Shown here: positions 25,792 to 38,288 of the stretch, one piece after another
Layout of the letters: every line of letters begins with the position of its first letter
Position numbering within the stretch: the stretch's first letter is position 1
Assembly (NCBI GenBank): GCA_031835245.2
Contig: JAVKOQ020000034.1
Coordinates: forward strand, 248,001-295,371
From: Balamuthia mandrillaris
Taxonomy: Eukaryota
Length of the DNA stretch: 47,371 nt
Direction of reading: 5' to 3'
Made by a program: the position numbers and the translations under genes
Notes under the pieces: generated by a model
Seen by the model: the letters and a program-made list of their open reading frames with translations, nothing else
Told to the model about the DNA's origin: nothing
The model's database searches: none

Positions 25792-26464
25792 ATGAAACAA
25801 CGGTCACAACCGCCAGTGTCAACTACAAAGGAAGCAGCAAAGCAAGATTTGTTGGTGTGTGGGAGGTTTCCTCAGCTTCCAATATGTGGATGCACTATTC
25901 CTTGCCGCATCGCTCTGAGGGAGGTGCAGCTGCAACAGGTGGTGGAGGGAGTCTTCGTAGGCCCCATACAGGCAGCCTTCAAGACGGCGGAGCTGAAGGA
26001 GGCAGGCGTGACCCACATTGTGGACGTATCGGGCCAACCTTACCACAAAAAGACGGACTTGTTTAGTTTCCTCTCCATCGAGGTGCCAGACCAGCCAGAC
26101 GCTGATATCAGCTCCCATTTTGAACGGACCCGAAGTTTCATCGATGAGGCGTTAGCCTCAGGAGGGGCTGTCTTGGTCCACTGCAGCGGTACGTGTTGTT
26201 GTCCTGTCTCTCCATTATTTCGTAACACCTGCTGATGAATATTTTGTGTGGAGTGCAGCGGGCGTGTCGCGTTCTGCCACCATCGTGATAGCATGGCTGA
26301 TGGCCAGCCAGCGCCTGACCTTTCAGGAGGCCTTCGTGCGTACCAAGCAGGCTCGAAACAGGATCGACCCCAACCCTGGTTTCCTTCGCCAACTGCAGCG
26401 GTTCGAGAGGGAACTTAATCTGCAAAAAGCAGAGACCACCGACGGTTTCTTGGCGCCGCCTTAG
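25792..26464 (+). CDS. Dual-specificity protein phosphatase (atypical DUSP)
   Basis: GVFVG, AGVTHIVDV, VPDQP acid loop, VLVHCS|AGVSRSATIVIAWLM (HCxxGxSR across one intron), IDPNPGFLRQL. Confidence 0.92.
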
Positions 26465-26832
26465 TTCGAACCTAAAAACAAGAAGAATGGCAACAGTTCA
26501 TTGCTCTCTCACTGGCATAATTTGCTTTTCCCCCTTGGCTTTAACCACCAAAATAATCCAGGCCAAACCAAGAATCGAACCGAAGGCCTTGTCCTTGTCC
26601 GCAAAAATGCCAAAAGAAGGAAATCATTATTATTATTTTTATTATGCAAAACAAAAGAAGTGGAGAAGAAGCAGAAGAGGAGAAAAAAAAGACAGCATAA
26701 ATAAAAAAAAAGGTAGTTTGTTGGTAGTCGTGTGCCGAGTTTTTCTTGTGCCGTTTATTGTTGCGGCTAAACTGTTTTTGGCGGCTAAAGTTAAATACGT
26801 CGGGTGCGCGGTAATAAGCTCAGGATCGTACT

Positions 26833-29800
26833 ATGTCGAACCAGGAAGGAACCACCGACGAGGTCTCTTCAGAGGCCTCCACCTTCTCTTCCACCGACAC
26901 AAATGAAGCAAAAGAAGTACCAGAGTCTTCCGATACATCAACAAAACAAGGAACCTCTTCATCCGCTTTAGCGAAAAGCAGCGCGACGAAAATTCCTAGA
27001 AGCCCTCGCTCTTCCTCGGCTCCTACTCCCCCAAACCCCACACATGCCGCCACCAGCGGTGCGCATACAACCTCTTCTTCCTCAGACACACCACCCACTT
27101 CTTCTCAATCCGAGGCCTCTACAACGGATTCTCCCTCTGGCTCCACCATTAATGGCACGCCTCGTACACCTGAAATAGAAGGCAATCTCAGGTATTTATC
27201 TTCTCTTTGTCGTTCGCTCCTGTCTTTCCTCTCTTCTCCTTGTTTTCACTTCTCAAGGCGCTAACATGGGTTGCGTTATATGTCGTGTAGCAATCTGTTA
27301 TCACTGAGCTTGCGGAAACATATTGAAGAGCGCAGACGCCTAGAAGCAGAGATAAAGGAACTACAGGCCCTCTATAACGAGGCTAAAGAGTCAAGGGCTA
27401 GAGCAGAAAAGATGGCCAAAGACAGAGTGGTCAAAATCCAAAACGACAGCAACACCAACAAAAAGCTAACAGAATTCTTTGGCACGCCTCTCTTTCGGCA
27501 TGACTTAGAGAACAGTCGCTCATCTCTGCAACGCACCGCCTCTCTTGTTAACGTGGTGGCCGAACGGCGAAAAGATATGGCGCAGCGGAAAGAACAGCTA
27601 GAAGCGGAAGAACGGCTGAAAGAAGGCGAGAAAATCTCTCGCAAGTTCTTTGGAGAGGAGAAGTTTGAACGGAACAACCTCAACGCTCTTCATGATGCCT
27701 CCTTTGCCGCCTTCTTCCGCAACTACCAAACCCAAACTCATATCGATGATTCCTCTGAAGATGAGGGAGAGGATAGTAGTACCTCTAAAAGCAAAGAGCA
27801 AGGCAGCGTTCAACAAGATCATACCGCTTCCTCTTCTGCACCCACTGCCTCACCTTCCTCACCATCACTGGAAGAACCACAAAAACAGTCTACGGCCACT
27901 GCCACAGGTGGTGCAACCTCTACTCCTCAAAAAACTACCGGAGGCACAACCGTTGGTCCAAGTGGCAAAGATGAAGACGAAGAGACTGAATCCACAGACT
28001 CATTATTGGGCTCTTTTGTCGGTCTAAGAAAGAGCTATCTCCGAGAACTAGAAGAGGTATTGCTCCTGTTCATTTATTGGCTGTTGTCTTGTTTTTTTGT
28101 TTTTGTTTTTTGTTTTTTAATTTTTTGTTTTTTGTTTTTGTTTTTGTTTTGTTTTATTTGTTTGTTTTGTTGCTTGGCTTAACATATTCCTCTGTTGTGG
28201 TTTTTTTTTAAAAAAACAAGTTTGACGAGGTTCTGAAACGGACACAGGGCTCTCCTGACGATCATGTACTTTTTGTCTCTTTTTTCTATCTTTCTACCTT
28301 TCTCTTGCAATTAATTGCACACAAGTATTGATGCCAATATCATTGTCTCGTAACAGGTACAATTTTTACACGAAACATTGACAAAACTTATGAAGGAACA
28401 CAGAGAGCTGCAGGCGAAGGCTCGGGCTTCCGAGGAGAATACACAATTTCTCGAATCGTTTAGTGCTGGTGTAAAACTCTTTGAAAAACAAGAAGATGGG
28501 TCACCAGACCAGGACGCTACTGATTGGAAAAAGCCGACCTCCTCCAAAGGTTCAAGACGAAAGAAAAGGCCCAGCAGCGGCAGTGATCAACAGCCACAGC
28601 AGTCAGCTGAGAAGGAGAACGAGAAAGAGTCAGCAATGATAACAACACAAACGACGACGACGACAACAAAGGAGGCAGAAAAGAATAACAAGCGTGGAAG
28701 TAAGAAGCGGGCGGGCAAAAGAAAGAAGAGATCCAGCGAGCGTAATATCTTATCACATCCCCAAAAAGTACCTTCGGACGTGGTTGTAAAGAAGTACCAC
28801 GAAATATCGTATGACGAGTTGGAATTAGACAGCACGCCATTGGGTAATGGTGCTTTTGGCGTCGTCTACAAAGGCCTTTGGAGGGGTAACATCATTTCTG
28901 TCGCATTCTGAACAAGAATTCCTAATTCTTTTTTTCCCCCTCACATCAAATAGGAACGACAGTAGCTGTCAAAAAGTTGATGGTGATGCTCAACGAGGAA
29001 GAGGTTTACAATTTCAAGCGAGAAGCCTCTTTGATGGAGTACGTTTCTCCCAGTTTTGCAGTCTGATGGTCTGGAACTTATTAACTGTTTGATTTCTTTT
29101 TTTTTTAAAAAAATTTTTTTCTGAAATATAGGAAATTCAGCAACCATCCAAATATTGTAAAGTTTTGTGGTATCTCCACTGAGTTTCCACATTATTGCAT
29201 CATTACAGAGTATTCAGAGAGAGGATGTGCGCGTGACGCCTTGATGAAGCATCCGGACGTGCCTTGGAAGACCATTGTGCGCATGGCCTTAGACGCTGCC
29301 GCAGGAGTGCTTCATCTCCATTGTGAAAGCATTGTTCACCGAGTATTTATCTTTCTTCTCATTTACGTCTTTTCGGACGCTGACGGCCAAATGTCCACCC
29401 GCTTTGCTTGATTTATGCAAAAGGATCTTGCCTTACGAAATCTGCTGGTGAGCAAAGACTGGAAAGTTCGGGTTGCTGATTTCGGTTTAGCCAGAATGAT
29501 ACCGAAGGTTGGTATTTGTTGTATGTAACACATGCATGTACCTTTCTTGACACCACACATCACATTCTTCACAGGAAACCTATGCCAAAACGAGGGGCAA
29601 TATTGGGGCGGTGCGATGGTTAGCTCCTGAGGTCATCCTAAAGCACATTTATAGCGAAAAATCAGACGTGTATTCATTTGGTATCGTCATGTGGGAACTA
29701 GTTACTCGGGGAGAAGAGCCGTTTGACAACATTGACAACGTGTTGGAGGTGGCGATAGGCATTATGAACAACGCCCTCCGTCCCGAGATACCCAAAGACT

Positions 29801-29919
29801 GTCCTCCTGAATGGGAGAAGCTCATGTGCGCCTGTTGGGACCAAGACCCGGAAAAGCGGCCTGATTTTGCTGAGATTCACAAGCAGCTCAAAACTTACCT
29901 GGACAGCTTACCTGACTGA
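26833..29919 (+). CDS. Tyrosine-kinase-like protein kinase with N-terminal coiled-coil and low-complexity regions
   Basis: LGNGAFGVVYKG, VAVKK, HPNIV, IVHR|DLALRNLL, VADFGLAR, VRWLAPE, KSDVYSFGIVMWE, CWDQDPEKRP across GT-AG exons. Confidence 0.92.
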
Positions 29920-30515
29920 TACTTTCCTCTTTCCTCTTTTTTTTTCAACCCAAACAAAAAGCTTGATGTACTCTTCTATCAATTGCTTGTGATTTGTTTA
30001 TGCAATCCCCTCTCCCCCCCAAAAAAAAAAAAGCCCTTTTGCAACAAGTTAAGTTTTCCAGCGAAATCGGCGAAGCTTAAAACGCCCAGAAGCCTTGTCC
30101 CTAAAAGAAACCTTTGCGTGTACAGGATGGTTCACCGCCTACAAGCACAGTCCTAACGGAGGAACTATGCACACTTTCTGTGGATCAGTATGGGGTGTAC
30201 CTGGCTCCAGAAATACTGGTGCGTGTGGTGGCGGAGAAGTACCCTTTCCCTTCTCTGTGAACTGGCTTTTGCTGTTTCATAACGTAACATTTTCTTTGTT
30301 TGTCCCAAGCAACAAAATTGTCTTAATTAATATTTTTAAAGAAGAAAACGGAAGACCAAAACTCCGGCTGGTCCTCGAGTACGCAATATCAACGTGCAAA
30401 TAATTGGTTCACGGCGGTGTGCTTATTTGCTGATAGCAGGAAACCAAGTGCAGCGTTCTGTTACTTGGTTCTTTTCTTTGGACAGCAAGCCATAAGATAC
30501 ACGGAACCATTGAAA

Positions 30516-32852
30516 ATGAGAGGAAGCAGACGTTTGGTAGCGTTGTGCTTCTTTGTATGTTGCTCTGTTTTCTTCCAGTTCGTCGATTCTCAAACATGTA
30601 CTCCGTGGCGAGGAACTCCTAAAGCTTGTGAAGCTTATGGCTACGTCGGTGTGTTTTTTCATTGTTTTTTAGGTCTATTTTTTAGCGAGGTTCACTCAAA
30701 AAAAAAACCATCACCACTGAAAAAAAGCTGAAGAAACAATGGTTTTTATTCCGCCTGACACAACCTATGAAGCGTTGGAAGGTACAGCTGGTTACATGAT
30801 GAACTTGCCAGGTCTTTCAGAGGCTCCCTTGGAGTGCACAAGGGTAATGGCTGGACCCGTCTCCTGTGGTTACTTCTTTCGTCCATGCATTCAACATAAC
30901 AATGGTATGGTGTATTGGCTTGGTTCAATTTCTTTCGAGCAGTTGCATTGCTTCGTTGCTGAACTGGTGATTCTTCTTTTTCTTGTTTTCCCCTGCTTTA
31001 CCTTTTCAGACTCGTATCCTCTCCCACAACAGCTATGCTTGGATATTTGCCTAGACTCAAGTAATGTTCTTTCTTATCTTTTGTTTGTGAGGATTAGCAC
31101 TCAACTAAATGTTATTCTTAGTCAAGTATTGCACAGAGTTCGCCCTGTCCATCGGCATAACAGACCTTTGGCAGTTCTTCTACGTTCCTCCAGGAGTGGA
31201 AAAGCCAGTAGACTGTGGTCCACAAGAAGTCGACTACTGGGCACAAAATGTGACTCTCTTCGCTAACGGGACGTACTCTTACTTCCTGCCAATAAATTCT
31301 TCCTCGAAGGAAGTGCGAGTGGAATGCCACAAAGTAATGAAACGAACAGATCAAGTCTGTCAGGAGCCGCTTCATCAAGAGAACGAGAGATGTGGCTTTC
31401 ATTGTCCTCTTCCAGCCTACTCTGAAGAGGAGTATGACGCATTGAAAGTGATTCAAATGGTCTTTGGATGGATTTCTTTGGTGAGTACATATTGAAACTG
31501 TTCCTTTCTTTCATTCTCTTCATTCTGTCACTCATCAAACTCCTTGTTTCAACATGTTGAAAAAATAAAATAACCAAGGCTGGAAGCATCATGGTGATAA
31601 TCAGTTATGCACTGAGTCCCAAGCTTCGCAAATTTCCAGCTAACTTGATCATGATGACGTGCATCTCCGCCATGATTGCAGCTGGAGCCATTATCCTTCC
31701 TACCTTTGGCGGCAGCGAAGTCATTTGGTGTGGACCTGATGGCCAATTCATTACTCCAAGCATCATTTTTAGAGTAGGAGAGAATGACACAGAGATCAGT
31801 GAGATAGTCGTGGTGCCCTTTGAGACAGAAGAGCTGGAGACTAGTGATCCGTTGTGCACGTTTCAAGGCTTTCTGTTGCATTGGGGTTTTCTCTCAGGGA
31901 CTATGTGGTGGCACATTGTCTCTTTTAACCTATTTTTATCGGTATTGTCTCTTCCTTTGTTAGACCATTTTCTTCATTTTCTTGTTCTTGTTCTTCTTCT
32001 TGTTCTTCTTCTTCTTATTCATAATGATGAATGTCAAACAGTTATTCTTTGCATCGAAGACCTGGCCCTCACAGCTAAAAGAAGTGGTTTTACCAATAGC
32101 ATATCACCTTGTGGCCTGGGGCCTTTCCTTTTTGTTTGCAGTCATACCAGCCGCAGCTGGCAAGATTGTCTTTGCCCCTGGTGGTACTTTGTATGCTTTC
32201 TTTCATTGCCTTTAAGAGAGAGTGAGAGAGAACATCAGTTTTGCATCTAACCTGTTGATCTATCTTACACACACATTTAACACAATAACTGGATAAATTC
32301 AGCTGCTTCCTATCCTCAGAAAACGACTCAGCCTACATTCTAGCCTTCTGGATAGTGCCCATTGGCTTCCTTCTGGTCACTGGTTTGGTGATGGCCTTGG
32401 CTGCGGCCTACTGCCTCCTCTCAGTTGGCCTCCGCTCCAACAAGGCCAAGGACATGCTCTCCACCTACCTACGCCTCTTTTGCTTCATCTTCTTCTTTTT
32501 CTTACTTTATGCTGCCATCTTCACCTACACTATCCATGAGAGTGGCAACTGGCAGGATATCACACGAGCGTGGGATCAGTACTTCTTATGCCTCTATGGC
32601 GAGCTGGAGGCCAGCTGTGAGCTCGGAGAGGATGCCAGCCTCTTTTCAGTGGCTATGTTGCGGGGTTTGGGCTATTCTTCCTTGGGGCTCGCGCTCTTCC
32701 TCAACTTTTTCTTTTCACGTCACAACAAGAAAGTGTGGCTACAGGTCTGTCAGCAATTGACAACAATGGGATCCCTGTCCACCCACTCCTCCAAAAAGTT
32801 GCAGCTTGACTCTATTGTGAATAATTCAGAGAAAACAACGGTAAACAGCTAA
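30516..32852 (+). CDS. Frizzled/Smoothened-like GPCR (Dictyostelium Fsl-type)
   Basis: Signal peptide, Cys-rich CRD-like exons, CGFHCPLP linker, and a 7-TM region with KFPANL, CTFQG, YHLVAWG, FWIVPIG and a C-terminal KKVW. Confidence 0.8.
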
Positions 32853-33149
32853 ATAATCACGAGAGTGATATAATTCCATCCTTTTTTAAAAGCAATTTAG
32901 GGACATGTCTTGGGAAGTGTCTAAAGTGGGTAATTGTCAAAAAGAGGAAACATGTTGCAAACTGAAGGTGTTAATAATAGTGGAGATGGTTGAGAAGCTG
33001 ATAGTTAATGCAAGTATGAATAGTGGTGAAAAACAAAAGAGAATGATAACAGCAAAATGGTAAGAGTGAATGGTAAAGAAGATCATGGAAGAGTGAAAGT
33101 TGTTATACAGAAATAAATACAAGTATTGCCTTTGGAAGCAAGAGGTATA

Positions 33150-33657
33150 AATACATCCAAGTTCACAAGGATTCAGTTCAGGAGAGTATATAGGAAGGAA
33201 CAGTAACCTTATATCATGGGCCTCTACAAGGTCCAACATTAGATCTGTTGTTTCCTGGCCTACATGAACACTTGCGTTGTTCACAACAAGCACATCACTA
33301 GGAGTTAAGTGTTGTTCCTCAATGCAGAAGCACAAAAAGTTCAAAAAGTTCCATTGGCTGTTGGATTCCCAGTGAAGATCAATGATGAAAGGAACAGAAG
33401 AGAGAGTGGTCATCAACATTAAAGAGTAGTTCAGGTCCAAGTCTTCTGTGTTAATGTAGATCAAGGGTTTCCCAATGGGACCTATCCCACGTTGTGAATG
33501 TAGTTCTGAATAGACAACCCCCCCCCCCTCAAAAAAAAAGAAGAGAAAATCTATCAGAACAAAAGAAATGAAAGAGAGAAAGAGAAAAAGAGAGAAAGAA
33601 AAAGGAAAAAGAAAGATTAAAAAAGCAAGACAAATATGTACCTTTGGAAACAAAGTG
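33150..33657 (-). pseudogene. Truncated IS630/Tc1-mariner (DDE_3) transposase fragment
   Basis: HFVSK|ELHSQRGIGP ... VLVVNNASVH ... LLFLPIYSPELNPCE. The second catalytic Asp reads Asn. The first Asp and the HTH are missing. One intron (~33641-33507). Confidence 0.85.
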
Positions 33658-33875
33658 TGTTAGAACTAAAACAGGAACAAAGAGAAAGATGGGAGCCAAA
33701 CGTATTTAATGAGAAGAAGAGAACAAGTGTGTTTGTGAGTGTGTTGTTTCTTCATTCATTCATTCATTGGTTCTTGGTTGTGGGAAAAGTATTTATAGTT
33801 GAGAAGGCAACCAAGGAAGGAAAAAGGCTCTGGGTTGGGAGAGTGACTTCCAAAAGCTCATCCAAAAGTTGAAAG

Positions 33876-34038
33876 TTATTGAGAGTTATTTCTTTGCTTG
33901 AAAGCTTCCATTTCCTGACTTATCTCTTCTTCAACTTCATCTTTATGATTGTTGATCCATGCATGTAAGCACTTTTGCCATAAATACTTGCATAATTTAG
34001 CATGATCTGACTTGGATAAATCAGTTCTGCTTTGGAAT
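33876..34038 (-). pseudogene. Relic exon paralogous to the last exon of the neighbouring tyrosine recombinase-Myb gene
   Basis: After a ttttag acceptor it reads FQSRTDLSKSDHAKLCKYLWQKCLHAWINNHKDEVEEEISQEMEAFKQRNNS*. This aligns by eye to FMKRTDLPTKDQQIRFYRSLWLECCTAWVENHPDEFDKDVLAEAAATYEAKNKS (35251 onward), with the same intron phase. Confidence 0.75.
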
Positions 34039-34395
34039 CTAAAATAAAAAAAAATTAGTTAATAAAATGAGTGAGTTAGGGTTCTATGCTCGATTTTGAC
34101 CTAAGAATCAGCTTTTAAAATATACTAATAGTATCATCTTAAAGAGCAACTCAAGGGCTATAAGAAGATATATTATATGTTAGGTATTAATAAAGTGTTA
34201 CAGAGTTAGAATATTTTTGGTAGAACAAAGCACTAAAACTGTATTGTGGGTTAAGGGTTAGGGGCGGGTACTCAGAACCTACGGCATTCAACTCCCCATG
34301 GTCCATTCTATAAAACTCTAAGTCTATAAGTCTAACGGATAAAGTGGGTCAAAGTAGCAATTTTTTCAATTTTTGTATAGGAATACCTATATAAT

Positions 34396-35583
34396 CTAAC
34401 AAGATATAATCATAATATCATCATCATCATCATTCTCCTCTGTCTCTTCCTCTTCATCCAAGATGGATATAACTGTAGTGGTAGTAGAAGTAGGAGATGA
34501 TGATGGGGAGGAAGTGTTGTCATTGTCATCATTATCCGATTTGTCAAAGTCCTCATCATGGGCCACCAAGTATTTGGCCTTCAAAGCGTCCAGATTGTTG
34601 GAGAATTCTGTGAGGAGATTGCGCCATTTATCATAGCAATCATTGTTGGTTCGACGTTGGGTAGGCAAGTGTTTGGCAATCTCCAACCAAGACCATTCAT
34701 CACGCAAGCGCCAAGTGACAAGTCTACGGATTTCTGGTGCCTGCCAAGCGATCCGTTGCCGATGGCCATTCTTGCGATATTTGAGTCGACTGCATAACAA
34801 TTGTTGTCGCTGAAGTGCTCTGCGAAGTCGTTGTCGTCGTGGTGTTTGTTTTTTTGAGTCAGGACTCTTGTCATCGTCATCATCGAGAGAAGCAAGTGAG
34901 GAAGATGATTGCTCTTGACGAGGGGTGAGGAATGCTTTGTGAATGGGCGATCCATTGACCAACTTGGGAAGTATAGAAGCTACAAACTCATCCACCAGCT
35001 CATTCAAGCCACTGAAAAAGCTTTGTAGAATGCCAGAGATGTGTTGACGGCACAGCTGGCGATGAATATTGGGCCAACGAAGAGGAGATTTGTTTTTGGC
35101 CTCATAGGTGGCTGCAGCTTCAGCTAGCACATCCTTATCAAACTCATCTGGATGATTTTCTACCCAAGCGGTACAACATTCAAGCCACAAGGAGCGATAA
35201 AATCGTATTTGTTGATCTTTGGTTGGCAAATCTGTTCGTTTCATGAACCACCTAAAGAAGCAGTGTAAACGAAGAAGAAGAGAGAAAAAGAAAGCAAGAA
35301 AGAAAGAAAGAACAAGAGAAAGAGAAAGAGAAAGAGAAAGCAAGAGAAAGAAAGAGGGAAAGAAAGAAAAAGGGAAAAGAGACAAAAAACAAAGTGTGAG
35401 TGAATGTCAAAAGAAAAACAAATGAACCAAGACCAATCATAACAATTATTGTTTAGACTATGAATGTTGCTGCTGCCACAATAAACCTGTGCGTTCTAGC
35501 TGAGCGCTAGGTCTAAGGGTGCATTTTTGAATGCAAGCAAGCAAGCAAACAAACAAGCCATGACTGACTGGATAGATAAATAA

Positions 35584-35639
<56 letters not shown>

Positions 35640-36630
35640 TGGTGATGGTGGTGGATACTATGCAAACAAAACAAACAAACAACACACAAACAAACCGTTG
35701 GCGAACAGCATGAATAAAACTCTGATAGTTGGTATCTGCAGACCAGTTGGATTGTTGCAAAGCATCTGGGGATAGATTGTGAAATGCTTCTTTGGTAACT
35801 AGCTCTGGAGCAATAACTGTATGCATGCAAGGGAGTGAGGATGAAAAGAACCAAAAAGAGAGCAAGTCAGTCCATCAAGTGGTAATGGTGGTGGTGGTGG
35901 TGGTGGTGGTGGTGGTGGTGGTGGTTTATTACTGCTGGTCAGGCAGCTAGCCCAGCCAAAGAAAAAACAAAAGAAAAAACAAAAATCAGATGAGCAGTAA
36001 CAAACCGCAATGTCGAGGAGGATGATAATCAGCAGTGGTAGTTGCAACAGAGGATGAAGATGACGAAGAAGAAGAAGAAGAAGAAGAAGAAGAATGAGGA
36101 TGAGTAGTAACATTGCTGACCAAGCGATTGGCCACAATAGCACGTTTTAATGTATCCTTGACGTAGACTTGCTGGGATCTACCACGAGGTACCCAACCTG
36201 CGATAAGGGCAGTAGTATCCAGTACATTGTTCTGACTGTGACCTTCCTGCAGTCCCTCCAAGATCAAGGCAGTGCAAAGGAAGCCAGCACGCAAGGAGTG
36301 AAAGGAAAACAATCCTTCAGGATAACCAGCCCGAACAGCCTGATCTTGCAACTTGGCATTTAAAGTATCGCGTGACCATCCCCATAATGATGTTTGTTTT
36401 TGTGCATCCGTTAAGCGCCAGTTGTGAAACTCGCGCAAATCCAAACCATGCTTGCATAACAGATGCTTGTTTAACCAGTAAATAAAATCTCCAAGACAAA
36501 TGCTTGGTGTTGATGTTGTTGATGTGGCGGCGGCGGTGGTGGCAGCGGCGGCAGCAGAGGTCGTAGCAGTGACGGTGCTAAGTGGTGATGATGATGATGG
36601 TGATGGTGAAGAAGATGATCCTCGTGATGA

Positions 36631-36664
<34 letters not shown>

Positions 36665-37910
36665 GGTGTTAAATAACCTTCAAATGTAACGACATGATTC
36701 CAATGATTTGGTATTCCTTTGGTGACTTGTTGGCGCAACGAAAGGAAATAAAGAGGAGGAGCAGAAAATGCATCCTCTTGGTGATGGCAGCTGAGGTTGC
36801 CATTGTTGTTGTTGTTGTTGTTGTTGGAAGAGGAGGATGAAAGTTTAGGTCGAAATGCCACAATATCACCCAAACGAATGTTTGCAGCTGTAATGGCTCT
36901 GGCACCAGTACAAACACTGTGTAACCAACAACTGGCTTCACCAGCTTTGCTCACCAGTCCATCTGGAGTGGATGCGATGATATGTAAGACATCATCTAAC
37001 AAACATGCGTCTTTGCACAATTGTTTGCTAGAACAGGAGGGTTTGGCTCTTTTGCAATGCCGAATGGCCTGTTTGACTTGATCTTTGATGGCATCCATTT
37101 GGTTTTTTAGCAACAACAAGTAAGCATGGTCTGAGGTTGCCGTCAATGCTGTAGTGCGTCCTGTTGCTCCTGTTGTGGCTGCTCGAGCGACACCATCACC
37201 AAGAATGGTTCTGCATAAAGGAGAAGGAGGAGGAGAAGTGGTAGGTGATGATGATGCTGGAGACGAAGAGATCATGGAGGAAACAGAGGAGGAGGAGGAG
37301 GAGGAGGAGGAAGAGGAGAAGGAGGAGGATGCAGAAAGGGAGTCAAGCTGTTGTTGGATACTTTCATCATGCAAACAATAAAGACTGGCAATCATGACAT
37401 CACGCACAGAGCTCAAGGCATAACCCACATCCAAAATCAACCATTGAACAAAGGCTCCTACGTTATGACGTTGGAGATTCAAAGGAAGAGCTGGCAAACA
37501 TTTATGATGCGCACAATGTGCTTCCCAGATGGTCAAAGTCCAGGCATGTTTACGTTGGGTAGAAGGGCTCCATCGACTCGTCACTGCCGTCAACTCTGTC
37601 CATCGCTCTTCTGTCAAACGGTTCATCAATGTGATAGCACGAGAAAGACGTCTTCCTCCACCATCACCACCACCATTACTACTACTGCTGTCATGTGTAG
37701 TATCATCATCAGTATCATCCTTTGTTCTAGCTCTATTTTGTTGTTTCTCTATTTTTCTCTTTTTTCCTTGTTTTTCTTCCGCTTTGTGTTCTTCTTCATC
37801 TTCTTCTTCGTCTTCAGTTAACAACAACAAATCTATCAATGTTGGTGGAGTTGTTGTTTTGCTTGTTGCATCTATATCTGTTTCTACTCCTCCTCTTCTT
37901 CCTCTTAATG

Positions 37911-37945
<35 letters not shown>

Positions 37946-37971
37946 AAATTACTGTCATCACCGCTATCCAT
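34396..37971 (-). CDS. Tyrosine recombinase (integrase family) fused to a C-terminal Myb/SANT domain; the N-terminus probably extends to ~38.8 kb
   Basis: Core-binding-like WSPSTQRKHAWTLTIWEAHC. Catalytic TGAR (36898), VTK (36718), HSLR (36300-36289), AGW (36193) and Y (36163). In-phase GT-AG introns 36005-35817 and 35695-35252 join it to RIAWQAPE...WSWLEIAKHLPTQRRTNNDCYDKWRNL. Confidence 0.85.
35572..35638. repeat. (TAGA)n tetranucleotide microsatellite in a recombinase intron
   Basis: Directly visible tandem run. Confidence 0.9.
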
Positions 37972-38015
37972 AACATCACCATCATTGTTCTCGTTAGGTA
38001 GCGACTCTGAATTTG

Positions 38016-38288
38016 GAAGAAGAAGAAGAAGAGTTAAGAAAAGCAGAAGAAGAAGAAAAAGAAGAAAAAGAAGAAAAAGAAGAAGAAGAAGAAGAAGAAG
38101 AAGAAGAAGAACACAAAGAAGAAAAAGAAGAAGAAGAAGATGAAGAAGATGAAGAAGAAGAAGAAGAAGGAGGAGAAGAAGGGAGAGAAGAAGAAGAAGA
38201 AGGAGGAGGAGAAGAAGGAGAACAAGAAGAAGAAGAAGAAGAAGAAGAAGAAAAAGCAGAAGAAGAAGAAAAAGAAGAAGAAGAAGAG
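38016..38288. repeat. (GAA)n-rich microsatellite (poly-Ser on the minus strand) at the 5' end of the recombinase
   Basis: Directly visible. It separates ORF 37994-38800 from the recombinase frame. Confidence 0.85.

Noticed and set aside
32922..34349. 10-bp direct repeat TAAAGTGGGT (32922 and 34340) flanking the TE relics
   Set aside because: Tc1/IS630 elements duplicate TA, no TIRs were found, and a 10-mer match could be chance.
35496..35510. CTAGCTGAGCGCTAG, a partial match to the array palindrome in a YR intron
   Set aside because: Only one 8-bp half-site matches, which is not distinguishable from chance.
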